IMG/VR virus record: IMGVR_UViG_3300024265_000041
Span: 1 to 64,000 of that record
DNA from: a virus
DNA: 64,000 nucleotides
Reading direction: 5' to 3' (one strand)
The translations under genes were made by a program, and so were the position numbers. Shown in pieces: positions 37,761-47,292 of the stretch. Under the pieces are notes generated by a model. It made no database searches. It was not told the origin of the DNA and saw only the letters and a program-made list of their open reading frames with translations. How positions within the stretch are numbered: the stretch's first letter is position 1; each line of letters starts with the position of its first letter.

Positions 37761-40556
37761 ATGGCTACTGCAATAACCTATATAAAGTCAGTTACACAAT
37801 CAGGAAGTGATTCTGATGTTTCTACCCTGAACATTAACGTGCCTGCAGGAAGTGGCGCTTGTTTGGTAGTTTCTATAGCGGCAAAAGACACTAACATAAC
37901 TGTCAATAGCGTGGTATTCAACGGAAGCGAAACCTTTGATGAAGTAGGAGTTTCTAGAAACGGTAACGCTAGTTCTTTTTTATATATATTGAAATCCCCC
38001 TCAATAGATCTAACCGCAGATGTAGTTATTACAATGAGCGATTCCTCAAGACTAGTGACTGGGGTTTCTCTCTATAATGGCGTTGACCCAAATAGCCCAT
38101 TCAACGTAAGTTTTAACGCCCAATCTAACGGCACTGACAACAACCCAAGCCTACAAGTTACCCCTGACGACGGTAATTGGTATGTCGATAGTTTGTGTCA
38201 AGTTTCAGCAGGGCCAGACACTATAGACACCCATTCTCCAGGCACCTTAGTAACCAATCAAGCAGCCATAGGTGGAGGTACAGACACTAGGGTAGGATCC
38301 ATGTACTTTGCTTGTGACGGTACTCAAGTTAGCGCTAGTTACGGTATGTCTGGGTCTGATAACTGGGCTCTCCAAGCTACTGCTTTACGGGTACCTCAGG
38401 TAGCTAACCAAACAGTTTCAACTAACTCAGCATTTGATGCCGATACTATAGAATCTCTTACTCAGAGTTCTAACATAAATATAGCTGTTGCCCAAGTTTT
38501 TGAGACTAATCTTGCACAGCCGATTACTCTAGACAATGGGGCTCAAGGGGTCAATGTATTCCAGGTCACAGAAACTAATTTATCTCAAACCATTACTCCC
38601 TCAACTGGTAACGTAAACATAACTGTTTCTCAGTCCACTGAAAGTGATGCTTCCCAATCTGTAACAGCATTTTCTTCTATACCTATAACGGTAACTCAGG
38701 TCACAGAATCTAATTTAGCTCAGGTGATAACTCCGGTTGTTGGGAATACAAACATTACAGTGTCCCAGATATCAGAAACAGATTTATCTAGAACTCTTAC
38801 TATTTCAGCTGGGAACGTGAATGTGTCTTTGGCTCAATCTGTTGAGACTGACACTTCACAAATAGTAATCCCAGTCCAATCAACTAATGTTTCTGTTCTA
38901 CAGGTTACTGAAACAGATTTATCTCAAATCATTACTCCATTAGCTGGCAATGTTGATGTAACTTTAAACCAAAATTCTGAAACAGATTTATCTCAAACAC
39001 TCACCCCATTAGCTGGCAATGTTGATGTAACTTTAAATCAGATTTCTGAAACAGATTTATCTCAGGTTATTATTCCTATTCAATCAACTGTTGTTGCTGT
39101 TAGTCAAAGTTCTGAAACAAATTCATCTCAAATCATTACTCCATTAGCTGGAAATGTTGATGTAACTTTAAACCAGATTTCTGAAACAGATTTATCTCAA
39201 ACCCTCACCCCACTAGCTGGTAATGTTGATGTAACTTTAAACCAGATTTCTGAAACAGATTTATCTCAAACCCTCACCCCATTAACTGGTAATGTTGATG
39301 TAACTTTAAATCAGAATTTTGAGACAGATTTATCTCAGGTTATTATTCCTATTCAATCAATTGTTGTTGCGGTTAGTCAAAGTTCTGAAACAGATTTATC
39401 TCAAACCCTCACCCCACTAGCTGGTAATGTTGATGTAACTTTAAACCAGATTTCTGAAACAGATTTATCTCAACCCCTCACCCCTACTAGTAACATTAAT
39501 ATTTCTGTTGGTCAGGTTTTAGAAATAGATTTATCTCAGGATATTATCCCACTTGCTGGTAGCGTTGGTGTCACTTTAAGTCAGATTTCTGAAACTGATT
39601 TATCTCAAATCATTACTCCATTAGCTGGTAATGTTGATGTAACTTTAACCCAGAATTTTGAAACAGATTTATCTCAGATTATTACCCCTACTCAATCAAC
39701 TGTTGTTGCTGTTATCCAGGTTTCTGAAACTGACTTATCTCAGGTTATTAACCCATTTGAAGGTAATGTTGATGTTACTTTAAATCAGATTTCTGAAACA
39801 GATTTATCTCAAACTTTCACCTCCACTAGTAGCATTAATATTTCTGTTGGTCAGGGTTTAGAGACAGATTTATCTCAAACCTTCACCCCACTAGCTGGGA
39901 ATGTTGATGTAATTTTAAATCAGGTGTCTGAAACAGATTTATCTCAACCCCTCACCCTACTTGCTGGTAATATTGATATAGGTTTAAATCAGGTGTCTGA
40001 AACAGATACGTCACAGATTATTAACCCAACCCAATCATCTTTTGTTCCCCTTAATCAAATTACTGAAACAGATTTATCTCACGTTATTAACCCACTAGCT
40101 GGGAATGTTGATGTAATTTTAAATCAGGTGTCTGAAACAGATACGTCACAGATTGTTACCCAGGTAAATAACATTGACCTTTCTGTTGGGCAGGTCTCAG
40201 AATCAAATTCATCTCAAATAATTACACCATCTGCTGGCAATGTCGATATCTCTGTAACTCAGGTTGTCGAGGTTGACACTTCTAAGGCTATAGGAGTTTC
40301 AGCAGATGGGGTTATATCTGCTAATCAGGTTTTCGAGACAGATTTAGCCCAGCCAATAACAGTGGTGGTAGGTGGAATTAACATAAATGTTAACTTAGTC
40401 AATGAGATCGATTTGTCACAAGTAGTAACAGTTATACCTAGCAATATCCTTGCTGTAGGTCAGGCTTTAGAAGTAGAACTAGCTCAACCTATATCTCCTC
40501 TTATTTCAAGCTCTAGTCTGTTATATTATCAGACTATAATTAGATTAATGAGATAA
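37761..40556 (+). CDS. Protein with an N-terminal ~210-aa beta-sandwich-like domain and about 30 tandem 22-23-aa repeats
   Basis: Repeat consensus ETDLSQ(T/I)(L/I)TPLAGNVDVTLNQ(I/V)S, counted by eye. Confidence 0.85.
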   Translation: MATAITYIKSVTQSGSDSDVSTLNINVPAGSGACLVVSIAAKDTNITVNSVVFNGSETFDEVGVSRNGNASSFLYILKSPSIDLTADVVITMSDSSRLVTGVSLYNGVDPNSPFNVSFNAQSNGTDNNPSLQVTPDDGNWYVDSLCQVSAGPDTIDTHSPGTLVTNQAAIGGGTDTRVGSMYFACDGTQVSASYGMSGSDNWALQATALRVPQVANQTVSTNSAFDADTIESLTQSSNINIAVAQVFETNLAQPITLDNGAQGVNVFQVTETNLSQTITPSTGNVNITVSQSTESDASQSVTAFSSIPITVTQVTESNLAQVITPVVGNTNITVSQISETDLSRTLTISAGNVNVSLAQSVETDTSQIVIPVQSTNVSVLQVTETDLSQIITPLAGNVDVTLNQNSETDLSQTLTPLAGNVDVTLNQISETDLSQVIIPIQSTVVAVSQSSETNSSQIITPLAGNVDVTLNQISETDLSQTLTPLAGNVDVTLNQISETDLSQTLTPLTGNVDVTLNQNFETDLSQVIIPIQSIVVAVSQSSETDLSQTLTPLAGNVDVTLNQISETDLSQPLTPTSNINISVGQVLEIDLSQDIIPLAGSVGVTLSQISETDLSQIITPLAGNVDVTLTQNFETDLSQIITPTQSTVVAVIQVSETDLSQVINPFEGNVDVTLNQISETDLSQTFTSTSSINISVGQGLETDLSQTFTPLAGNVDVILNQVSETDLSQPLTLLAGNIDIGLNQVSETDTSQIINPTQSSFVPLNQITETDLSHVINPLAGNVDVILNQVSETDTSQIVTQVNNIDLSVGQVSESNSSQIITPSAGNVDISVTQVVEVDTSKAIGVSADGVISANQVFETDLAQPITVVVGGININVNLVNEIDLSQVVTVIPSNILAVGQALEVELAQPISPLISSSSLLYYQTIIRLMR
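38470..40500 (+). repeat. Coding tandem repeat with 66/69-bp units
   Basis: Core GAAACAGATTTATCTCA recurs; the central units are near-identical at DNA level. Confidence 0.9.
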
Positions 40557-40593
40557 GGTTAATATTTAAAAAAACTTAAAAGAGGAGAAAACA

Positions 40594-40914
40594 ATGAGCC
40601 AAAAAATCAAAACAACCATGACTGACGGTAGTGAAGTAACTTCAGATCACAGAGATATTGACCCTGATACCCACCAACAAAAAGGGTATGTGATTTTATC
40701 TCAGGAGGAAAGGGACAAAGGATTTGTCAGGCCTGTTCGTAAGTCTTATGTACACAAACATTGTGGGGCAACAACTATAATAAGTAATTCAATAGCAGAG
40801 ACCTACGCTAGGGATCCTAAATTTTATACAGGAACTTTTTGCTTTCAGTGCAAAACCCATTTTCCTATTGATCAATTTTGGTGGGAAGGAACTAAAGAAA
40901 CATTAGGAACTTAA
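40594..40914 (+). CDS. Putative Zn-binding phage protein
   Basis: GFVRPVR...HKHC...AETYARDPKFY...CFQC (HxxC plus CxxC). Confidence 0.75.
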   Translation: MSQKIKTTMTDGSEVTSDHRDIDPDTHQQKGYVILSQEERDKGFVRPVRKSYVHKHCGATTIISNSIAETYARDPKFYTGTFCFQCKTHFPIDQFWWEGTKETLGT

Positions 40915-40930
40915 TTAATGGAGGTCAGTT

Positions 40931-41344
40931 GTGATAGAACTACTTCAATTACTGCAGGTTATAATAGAGTTGGCAAAATCTTATGGGTATGGCGTAGTCA
41001 CCCTGACAGTTGTGTTAGCTAATTTTTATTTGTTGTTCACCTTAAGGAAGGGGCATAAATCCCTGTTAGAGTCAATTAAGATAGAAACTGAAAATTCTTT
41101 AAAGGCTAACGAAGAATTGTCTTCTGCTATTATTCAATCCATGATTGACATCATTGATGAATCCAGCATAAAAATTACTGAGACAATATTAAATTGTGAA
41201 AAGTACCAAAAGTACAAACAAAAATCACATGCAAAATCTTTAGAAGAAATAATCGACGTTCTTAATGAAATGAACAAAAGTCATTCTGAACTAAGAGGGA
41301 TGTTCGGGGCTTCTTTAATGATAGGTCAAAAGAGGGTTAAATAG
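40931..41344 (+). CDS. Membrane-anchored coiled-coil protein
   Basis: Hydrophobic N-terminal segment; GGAGG RBS. Confidence 0.65.
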   Translation: MIELLQLLQVIIELAKSYGYGVVTLTVVLANFYLLFTLRKGHKSLLESIKIETENSLKANEELSSAIIQSMIDIIDESSIKITETILNCEKYQKYKQKSHAKSLEEIIDVLNEMNKSHSELRGMFGASLMIGQKRVK

Positions 41345-42067
41345 ATGTTCGTCCCAAATAATGCTCAGTTCAGAATTCTTTCCAGTTTATGCTTGAGTAA
41401 ATACAAAGAAGCTCAGGCAGCTGCTCTAAATGAGGTCCAATCCAACCTGATGTATAAGTTCCATAATATGACAAAATCTGCATTACTTCTTCAGTATGAT
41501 TTATGGTTCGGGTGGCTGATCCATGTCGACAGATCTTTAGTCAGGAAATCGAAAGACGAACTCTTAAGTAGGGACACATCTAACTCCCTTTTGGTAGCAG
41601 CAGAAACTCTTGAAACTCATAGGTATGAACACATCATAAAACGTGAAAATAAAATATTTTCTAATGATTTTTTGGAAGGTCATTTTGCTGTTAGGAAATT
41701 CTCGTTCGATGCTTTTAGGGTGAACATAAGAAAATCCTCAGGGCAAAAAGTCGGTGATGCTATGTACTCACTCACAAGATCTGTAATGACCATGTTAGAG
41801 AATTCCCTTTATGAACTACAGGAGTTAGATTTCATTTTGTTTGGAGATAAGAGTGAGAAAGCTTTTTTAAGCATCCAGGACTGGGATATGGACCTACTTA
41901 GAACTACAAATAATTGTGTAGTACTGAGAAGAGGTAAGTTATTTTCTGAAGTCTATGGGGTATCTGAGTTTAACCTGAAAAGTTATACATCAGATCAAAC
42001 TCCTAATATTGGATTATTATTAAAAAAACTTGAAGACTTAGAGATATCAGTTATCAACGTAATTTAA
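41345..42067 (+). CDS. Hypothetical protein, last gene of the rightward block
   Basis: 240-aa ORF coupled to the upstream gene. Confidence 0.7.
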   Translation: MFVPNNAQFRILSSLCLSKYKEAQAAALNEVQSNLMYKFHNMTKSALLLQYDLWFGWLIHVDRSLVRKSKDELLSRDTSNSLLVAAETLETHRYEHIIKRENKIFSNDFLEGHFAVRKFSFDAFRVNIRKSSGQKVGDAMYSLTRSVMTMLENSLYELQELDFILFGDKSEKAFLSIQDWDMDLLRTTNNCVVLRRGKLFSEVYGVSEFNLKSYTSDQTPNIGLLLKKLEDLEISVINVI

Positions 42068-42229
42068 TTAAAGATTCAACCTGTAAGAAATTTCTTTTAA
42101 TGTTTCGTCCTGTCTGACTGACAGAGTTTCTTGCTCTGCTATACTCATAACAAAGTCGTATTCCCATGAAGTGAGGTCTTCAGGGTCATCTAAGAGTTCA
42201 TTGATTACTTCAATCTGATTTTTGTTCAT
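42068..42229 (-). CDS. Small hypothetical protein (53 aa; not in the ORF track)
   Basis: AAGGAG RBS; MNKNQIEVINELLDDPEDLTSWEYDFVMSIAEQETLSVRQDETLKEISYRLNL. Confidence 0.65.
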   Translation of the reverse strand: MNKNQIEVINELLDDPEDLTSWEYDFVMSIAEQETLSVRQDETLKEISYRLNL

Positions 42230-42405
42230 TTTTGCTCCTTTTTGATAGCTCTTCTACAACGAGAACAGATATTTCCAAAGGCACTAGAAGTCTTACCTTT
42301 AGACATTAATATTTTGTTGCAAAGGCTGTGGTCACCAGGAAATGATCCCTCCCTGTATGCGTGATTAACTTTAGTGGATGGGTGAGGTTGCCAAACTATA
42401 TTCAT
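42226..42405 (-). CDS. Small putative Zn-finger protein (59 aa; not in the ORF track)
   Basis: AGGAG RBS; MNIVWQPHPSTKVNHAY...SLC...CSRC; ATGA overlap with the next gene. Confidence 0.6.
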   Translation of the reverse strand: MNIVWQPHPSTKVNHAYREGSFPGDHSLCNKILMSKGKTSSAFGNICSRCRRAIKKEQK

Positions 42406-42417
42406 GATTTCTCCTGG

Positions 42418-42696
42418 TTACCTTTTGTACTGCCATTTGATGGAAGGTTTTAACATGGTGTGCCTTTCGTAAGCGCCCCAGACAGCTCCTCCCATAAACA
42501 TAACTGTATGAGGATTGAACCACCACTTGAATTCTTCTGACATCAAATAGGTAATTATTAGGTCTGGAATTGTTATGCACACGACCATAACCAATAACGA
42601 TTTAATCCTACGTTTAGTGAAAATTTTACGCCAAAAACCTTTTACTTTTATATGCTTTAAGCTCCCCCATCTTAAATCTTTCCAATTTATTTTCAT
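42418..42696 (-). CDS. Small membrane protein
   Basis: Basic N-terminus and two hydrophobic segments. Confidence 0.6.
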   Translation of the reverse strand: MKINWKDLRWGSLKHIKVKGFWRKIFTKRRIKSLLVMVVCITIPDLIITYLMSEEFKWWFNPHTVMFMGGAVWGAYERHTMLKPSIKWQYKR

Positions 42697-42711
42697 TACT
42701 ACCTTCCTCAG

Positions 42712-42912
42712 TTATTTAATTATCCTGCAACCGCATTTTCTCCTAACGATAGACAACCTCTTTTTCTTATTTTTATCCATTCTAATTTCCCTAGCAATCC
42801 TTTTAGCGCATTCCGGGCAATCGTTGTGGTTGTAATACTCTCCTAAATATTGCCTGCCGCACCCAAAACATGCCTTAGTTACCATCAATGCCATCTTATT
42901 GCTCCCCTCCAA
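42712..42912 (-). CDS. Small Zn-ribbon protein
   Basis: CFGC...CPEC; the real start is probably the MALMV Met. Confidence 0.55.
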   Translation of the reverse strand: MEGSNKMALMVTKACFGCGRQYLGEYYNHNDCPECAKRIAREIRMDKNKKKRLSIVRRKCGCRIIK

Positions 42913-45082
42913 TAAAAATGACGTTCTGAGCTATCGTCTGCTCTGCCATTCTGTGGGTAACGTACAGTATTTGTTTACCCGTAGCAGCCAGGATACCAGC
43001 GAGCGCCGCTGAGTTCTCTTCGTTCATTTGGGAACTCGCCTCATCCAGCATCAGATAGCTGCTCTGGCCGTAGAAAAGATCACATAGAGCTAACCTCAAA
43101 GCTACCCCCATAATCTCCTGTTGGCAACCAGAGGCCGATTTGACGGAGAATTCTCGACCTTTCTCGACGTAGGAGAATGTACCGTTGTCTTTGAGGCGTA
43201 TTTCAGTTATTTGATCTTCCTGGTTTTGTGTAGTGGAAGAGGCAATTTCGGATGCCCTGGCCAATATGACTCCCCAAATAGACCCGAGGAAGCGAGTTCT
43301 GCTATCGCGTAGGTACTTCTGGAGGTCCTGGGTGAGATTCAATTTTACCTTGACCTGTTTAACCTCCACCTCTTTGTTACGTGCTACGGTGAGCGCGTTG
43401 CCCTTAGCAGTGACATCATATTCGAGTTCGGTATCTTCTCGGGTAACGTCTGCCAAATTTTCTTTGGCGGTTTCGAGGTCGTTCTGACTGTGTCTTAATT
43501 GAGTATAAAATTCATTAACCTCCAATAATGAGGTATTAGCTATGGGCTCCTGCTTGGCAATATCGTCTAGTAATTGATTAATAGATCTTTTAAGTGACTC
43601 TAACTCACTAGTGGCAAGTGTCTGATCGCTAAGGGCCAAATTAAGGTCCTCCCGAACGGTGGTCAGGGTTGCTAATTCATGTTCGGCTACTTCTATTTTG
43701 TCAGAAGAGGGTAGGTCTTTGTATTCTTCTATCTCTTTTTTAAGTTCACTCAGTTGGGCAACGGCTGAATCCAAAGCCTCCTGGGTTCCGTCCCCAGGGT
43801 GTTCTTCAATCAGTTGATCTAAATTCTCTTTAGACTCAGTGTAAGATTTAGATGCTATATCAGTCTCGCCCAGTAAGATTTCTGTACGGGCATTTAGTTT
43901 TTTTATCTCAGTTTCTAAATCTCTTTGATTGAAGTTTTCGTGTTCCCTGTGACAGGTTGGGCACTCACCTTCGTCTAACGCTTTTTCCAATCTGCTAATA
44001 TCCAACTGGATAGATCGGACAGACTCTTTGGCAGTAACATAAATTTTCTCCAAACCGTCTAATTGAGATTGTTCGTTGGCAATTACTATGTCTAGTTCCT
44101 CTGCCAACTTCACATTAGGTTTCCCTGTTATACCTATCCATTCTTCAGTCTCATACAAAGAAATTTCAGCAGAGTCCCGTCTGGGAGCTTTCTTTGCATT
44201 CTCCAAATGGTTCTTAAGAAACTCAGATTCTTTTTTGGTTGCAGCCTGAGCCTGTTCAGCTAAGTCTTTAGGGAACGAGTTCACTTGATCCTTACTCTCT
44301 TCAAATTGTTTTTCTACATCCATCAACCTGATTTTAAGACCTGCCATACAATCTATAGCAAAGTTAACTTTCTCGTTGGATGCCTCAGCTTTACGAATAT
44401 TTTCTTCTAACTCTTTTTTCTTATTACAGGCATTATCAAAAACTTCAGCTGCATCTTTAAGGGTGGAAGCGTGAAGCTCGTGAGCAACCTCTGACTCCTT
44501 CAGCATTTCTTTTAACTGTTCAATACTGAACTCACCGATATCCATCCCTTCAATTTTCCCAGACAGGAAGGTAGCATTTTTACCGGCCTTCTTAATCATC
44601 TTGTCGATGATTGAAATCTTGGCCATGGCCTCAACTTTCTTCTGCAGGTCGGTAGCCCCTATTGTTAGGAGAACGCTGGTCTCCATCTGGCGAGAGTAAG
44701 TGTGGGTGAGGAATTCTTTTACATCTGCCCCGTAAGTATCCTCTACCCAGGAAGTGACTGACGTGCTCCCTGTGGCTATCATCTCCCCAGTTTTTACGTT
44801 AAGAACTTTGGCATCTTTATGGGTACGGATAACTTCAACTTCGGTTCCGTCTTCCGGGGTTATTAAATTTAATGAGACCTTACATGACTTCTCCCCGGTT
44901 GTGATTAACTCAGATTTATCACTACCAATTGCCCTCATGCCATACAAGGCAAAAGCAATTGCTGCTAGTAACGTAGATTTACCTGAGAAGTTTGGCCCAC
45001 GAATGACGTTCATCCCGTCAGTAAAATTTACAGATAAGCTGTTGTGCTTTTTAAAATTGGTTAGTTCTGCTGCTAGTAGCAT
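42896..45082 (-). CDS. SbcC/Rad50-like (gp46-like) recombination ATPase
   Basis: Walker A GPNFSGKST, coiled coils with a CPTC zinc hook, signature ASGCQQ, Walker B LMLDE and VTH loop. Confidence 0.92.
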   Translation of the reverse strand: MLLAAELTNFKKHNSLSVNFTDGMNVIRGPNFSGKSTLLAAIAFALYGMRAIGSDKSELITTGEKSCKVSLNLITPEDGTEVEVIRTHKDAKVLNVKTGEMIATGSTSVTSWVEDTYGADVKEFLTHTYSRQMETSVLLTIGATDLQKKVEAMAKISIIDKMIKKAGKNATFLSGKIEGMDIGEFSIEQLKEMLKESEVAHELHASTLKDAAEVFDNACNKKKELEENIRKAEASNEKVNFAIDCMAGLKIRLMDVEKQFEESKDQVNSFPKDLAEQAQAATKKESEFLKNHLENAKKAPRRDSAEISLYETEEWIGITGKPNVKLAEELDIVIANEQSQLDGLEKIYVTAKESVRSIQLDISRLEKALDEGECPTCHREHENFNQRDLETEIKKLNARTEILLGETDIASKSYTESKENLDQLIEEHPGDGTQEALDSAVAQLSELKKEIEEYKDLPSSDKIEVAEHELATLTTVREDLNLALSDQTLATSELESLKRSINQLLDDIAKQEPIANTSLLEVNEFYTQLRHSQNDLETAKENLADVTREDTELEYDVTAKGNALTVARNKEVEVKQVKVKLNLTQDLQKYLRDSRTRFLGSIWGVILARASEIASSTTQNQEDQITEIRLKDNGTFSYVEKGREFSVKSASGCQQEIMGVALRLALCDLFYGQSSYLMLDEASSQMNEENSAALAGILAATGKQILYVTHRMAEQTIAQNVIFIGGEQ

Positions 45083-45107
45083 CCCTTCATACCTCCTTCT
45101 ATTTTAT

Positions 45108-45389
45108 TTAGTTCAACCTGAGGTCTATGACTACATACTCACAGGTCATTTCAACTCCTGCTCCAAAAACAGGAGTGCTGGCCTTAAACTTAATTGTAGC
45201 TCCAGGTGTGTTATTACATACATCTACCATACTGTTATAGTGGATTATTTTTGAATTCTGACCTGCTTTGTAATACCCAACTAACCAAAGTACTGATACC
45301 ATGAACCCCGCTATTATGAGGCACAGTATTACGAACCTAACTAACTTTTTGACTAACTTCATAACATCTAACTTTATGTCCACAACCAA
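45108..45389 (-). CDS. Small membrane protein
   Basis: Single TM segment; lies between the SbcD-like and SbcC-like genes. Confidence 0.6.
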   Translation of the reverse strand: MVVDIKLDVMKLVKKLVRFVILCLIIAGFMVSVLWLVGYYKAGQNSKIIHYNSMVDVCNNTPGATIKFKASTPVFGAGVEMTCEYVVIDLRLN

Positions 45390-45393
45390 TCCC

Positions 45394-46452
45394 CTATTCT
45401 ACTTCAGTCAGTATTTCTTCAAAAATCTCTTCCAGGTTTGTACCTTTCAACTCTTTCCTGATGGTGTCTGGCAACGACTCAAGTTCATCGACGTTGATTA
45501 TTTTTTCTTTCTCAACGCTAATGGTCTCTACTGCATTTTTAATTGCGTAGGCGTTTGGGAATTTCTTCCACAGACCAACCATCCATTTTGAAAAGGCCGG
45601 GTATTCTTCTGAAGGTATTTCACCGACTATACGAACGAACTGAGTATTGTCACTAAGGAACCCTTCGTCTAACTCCTCAAAAGGATCTAGTTCCAGGTAG
45701 TGAAGTGCTTCTTCCCAAATTAGATTTTTAGTCATTCCGTTCTCTTGATCATAAGACCAAATATATTTGTCGGCAATGTCAGCGAACCCTGTTGGGTGGT
45801 GGTTGCCTAACATAATAATGCGACCTTTTTTGTAGGTGTTTGAGTTATGCTCATGCCCTATCAAAACATAATCGAATGAGTCCAATAGAACATCACCATC
45901 ATCGTCAGTTAGGTTCAGAGTGGTATCGTTCTTATCCCACGGCATATTATAGTTGCAGTGGAGACATAGGATTTTGACTGTACCATCGTCCATACTGTCT
46001 GCCCTTTCCATAGCTTCTTCTATGGTGCTTTCGAAAAGTTCCTGGTCGCAATGATGAGGGATCATAAATACCATGACATTGTCTATAAGTTCCAGAGAGT
46101 ACCCACCTTTCCCAATTTCGTTTAAAACTATTTCTGAGCAGGAGTCCTGTTCGTCTAACATTTCCTTTATCAACTGAAGAGACCCCTTAATCCCTTCCTG
46201 ATTTTTAAGGTCATGATTACCGGCCAAAACATAATCAAAATTACTGCAAATAGAATACCCCTGAGCTATGGTCATTTCATTATTGCTGTAGGAGTCGAAT
46301 AAGTCCCCACAAAACACAGAAAAGTCGCACTCCTGTGTGGATACTTCGTATGCTAGGTCGTATAACTTTTGTTTCAGCAAACGTCGTGAAGCAAAAGTGG
46401 TGTTCGCATTGAGGGTTTTTCCTAAATGGAAGTCACTGGGGAAGATAATCAT
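45394..46452 (-). CDS. SbcD/Mre11-like (gp47-like) nuclease
   Basis: Metallophosphoesterase motifs DFH, GDLFD, GNHD and GHEH. Confidence 0.92.
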   Translation of the reverse strand: MIIFPSDFHLGKTLNANTTFASRRLLKQKLYDLAYEVSTQECDFSVFCGDLFDSYSNNEMTIAQGYSICSNFDYVLAGNHDLKNQEGIKGSLQLIKEMLDEQDSCSEIVLNEIGKGGYSLELIDNVMVFMIPHHCDQELFESTIEEAMERADSMDDGTVKILCLHCNYNMPWDKNDTTLNLTDDDGDVLLDSFDYVLIGHEHNSNTYKKGRIIMLGNHHPTGFADIADKYIWSYDQENGMTKNLIWEEALHYLELDPFEELDEGFLSDNTQFVRIVGEIPSEEYPAFSKWMVGLWKKFPNAYAIKNAVETISVEKEKIINVDELESLPDTIRKELKGTNLEEIFEEILTEVE

Positions 46453-46670
46453 TAGTTTTCATCCTCATATTTGTTTACTAATACCTTACCGTGGATATTG
46501 TTTAGAGACCTAACCAAATCATCTTTCTTTTGGCTCTCTCTATGAAGTTTATCAAATTTCTTTTTCTCTTCTACATACTCAGATTTATACATTACAAACA
46601 ACTTTATAGACTCAGACATTAGCCAAACGCTTAAGATAAGTAAAATACTTCCTAAAATAAAATCAATCAT
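46452..46670 (-). CDS. Small membrane protein
   Basis: N-terminal TM segment; coupled stop and start. Confidence 0.55.
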   Translation of the reverse strand: MIDFILGSILLILSVWLMSESIKLFVMYKSEYVEEKKKFDKLHRESQKKDDLVRSLNNIHGKVLVNKYEDEN

Positions 46671-46674
46671 GTTG

Positions 46675-46995
46675 TTAATAAATCCAAAGAGACTCAGTTA
46701 GGATCTTAGTTACTTTTTTCAGAGGTGCGCTTTTCTTATTTTTGTTCAACTCTACCAAAGCCTCATGCAAAACTCTTGACTCAGGTTTCGTCAGGCGAAT
46801 ACAGGGGTGTAACTCTTGAGAACCTTTTTTGAAATAGATTTCTAATGATTCTATTTTCTTTTTCCTTTTGTTAATCAGGTACTGCTCTCCCAACCACTTA
46901 GATATGAGAATAAAATCTCGTTTGCTCCCAATAAATATATGATCTTCCCCACAACTTTCTCCCATACCGTTTAGTTTTGCGAATACTTCTAACAT
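46675..46995 (-). CDS. Hypothetical protein
   Basis: Coupled ORF within the operon. Confidence 0.6.
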   Translation of the reverse strand: MLEVFAKLNGMGESCGEDHIFIGSKRDFILISKWLGEQYLINKRKKKIESLEIYFKKGSQELHPCIRLTKPESRVLHEALVELNKNKKSAPLKKVTKILTESLWIY

Positions 46996-47291
46996 TAGTT
47001 TACCTTGTCTCTTAACTTATTTGACTCGTGGATAGCTATCTCACCCCTAACTGTGGAGCCGTCTTCGTACTGGATATAGGCCTCTTTAACAACACCGTGA
47101 CCACAACATGCGTTCATAACTCCGGGTAGCGTCCCTAAACAGGGGTCATGTCCTTCTGGCGTATTCTTTTCTCCGCACTTACCGCATGACCTTTCTAGGT
47201 AAGTAAATCTAGAAGGTTCCTTAGTATCTAGGTAAACCCACTCACCATTTAAAAATTCAATTTCGTGTCCTCTAAGTTTACTTTTTATCAT
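46995..47291 (-). CDS. Cys/His-rich hypothetical protein
   Basis: CGKC...HDPCLGTLPGVMNACCGHG. Confidence 0.7.
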   Translation of the reverse strand: MIKSKLRGHEIEFLNGEWVYLDTKEPSRFTYLERSCGKCGEKNTPEGHDPCLGTLPGVMNACCGHGVVKEAYIQYEDGSTVRGEIAIHESNKLRDKVN

Positions 47292-47292
47292 A

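Noticed and set aside
38470-40500. Regularly spaced GAAACAGATTTATCTCA repeats resembling a CRISPR array
   Set aside because: The units are in-frame coding repeats (66/69 bp), the intervening sequences are similar to each other, and no cas genes are present.
24121-40556. Diversity-generating retroelement acting on the fibre genes
   Set aside because: No reverse transcriptase in the window and no template/variable repeat pair differing at adenines was seen.
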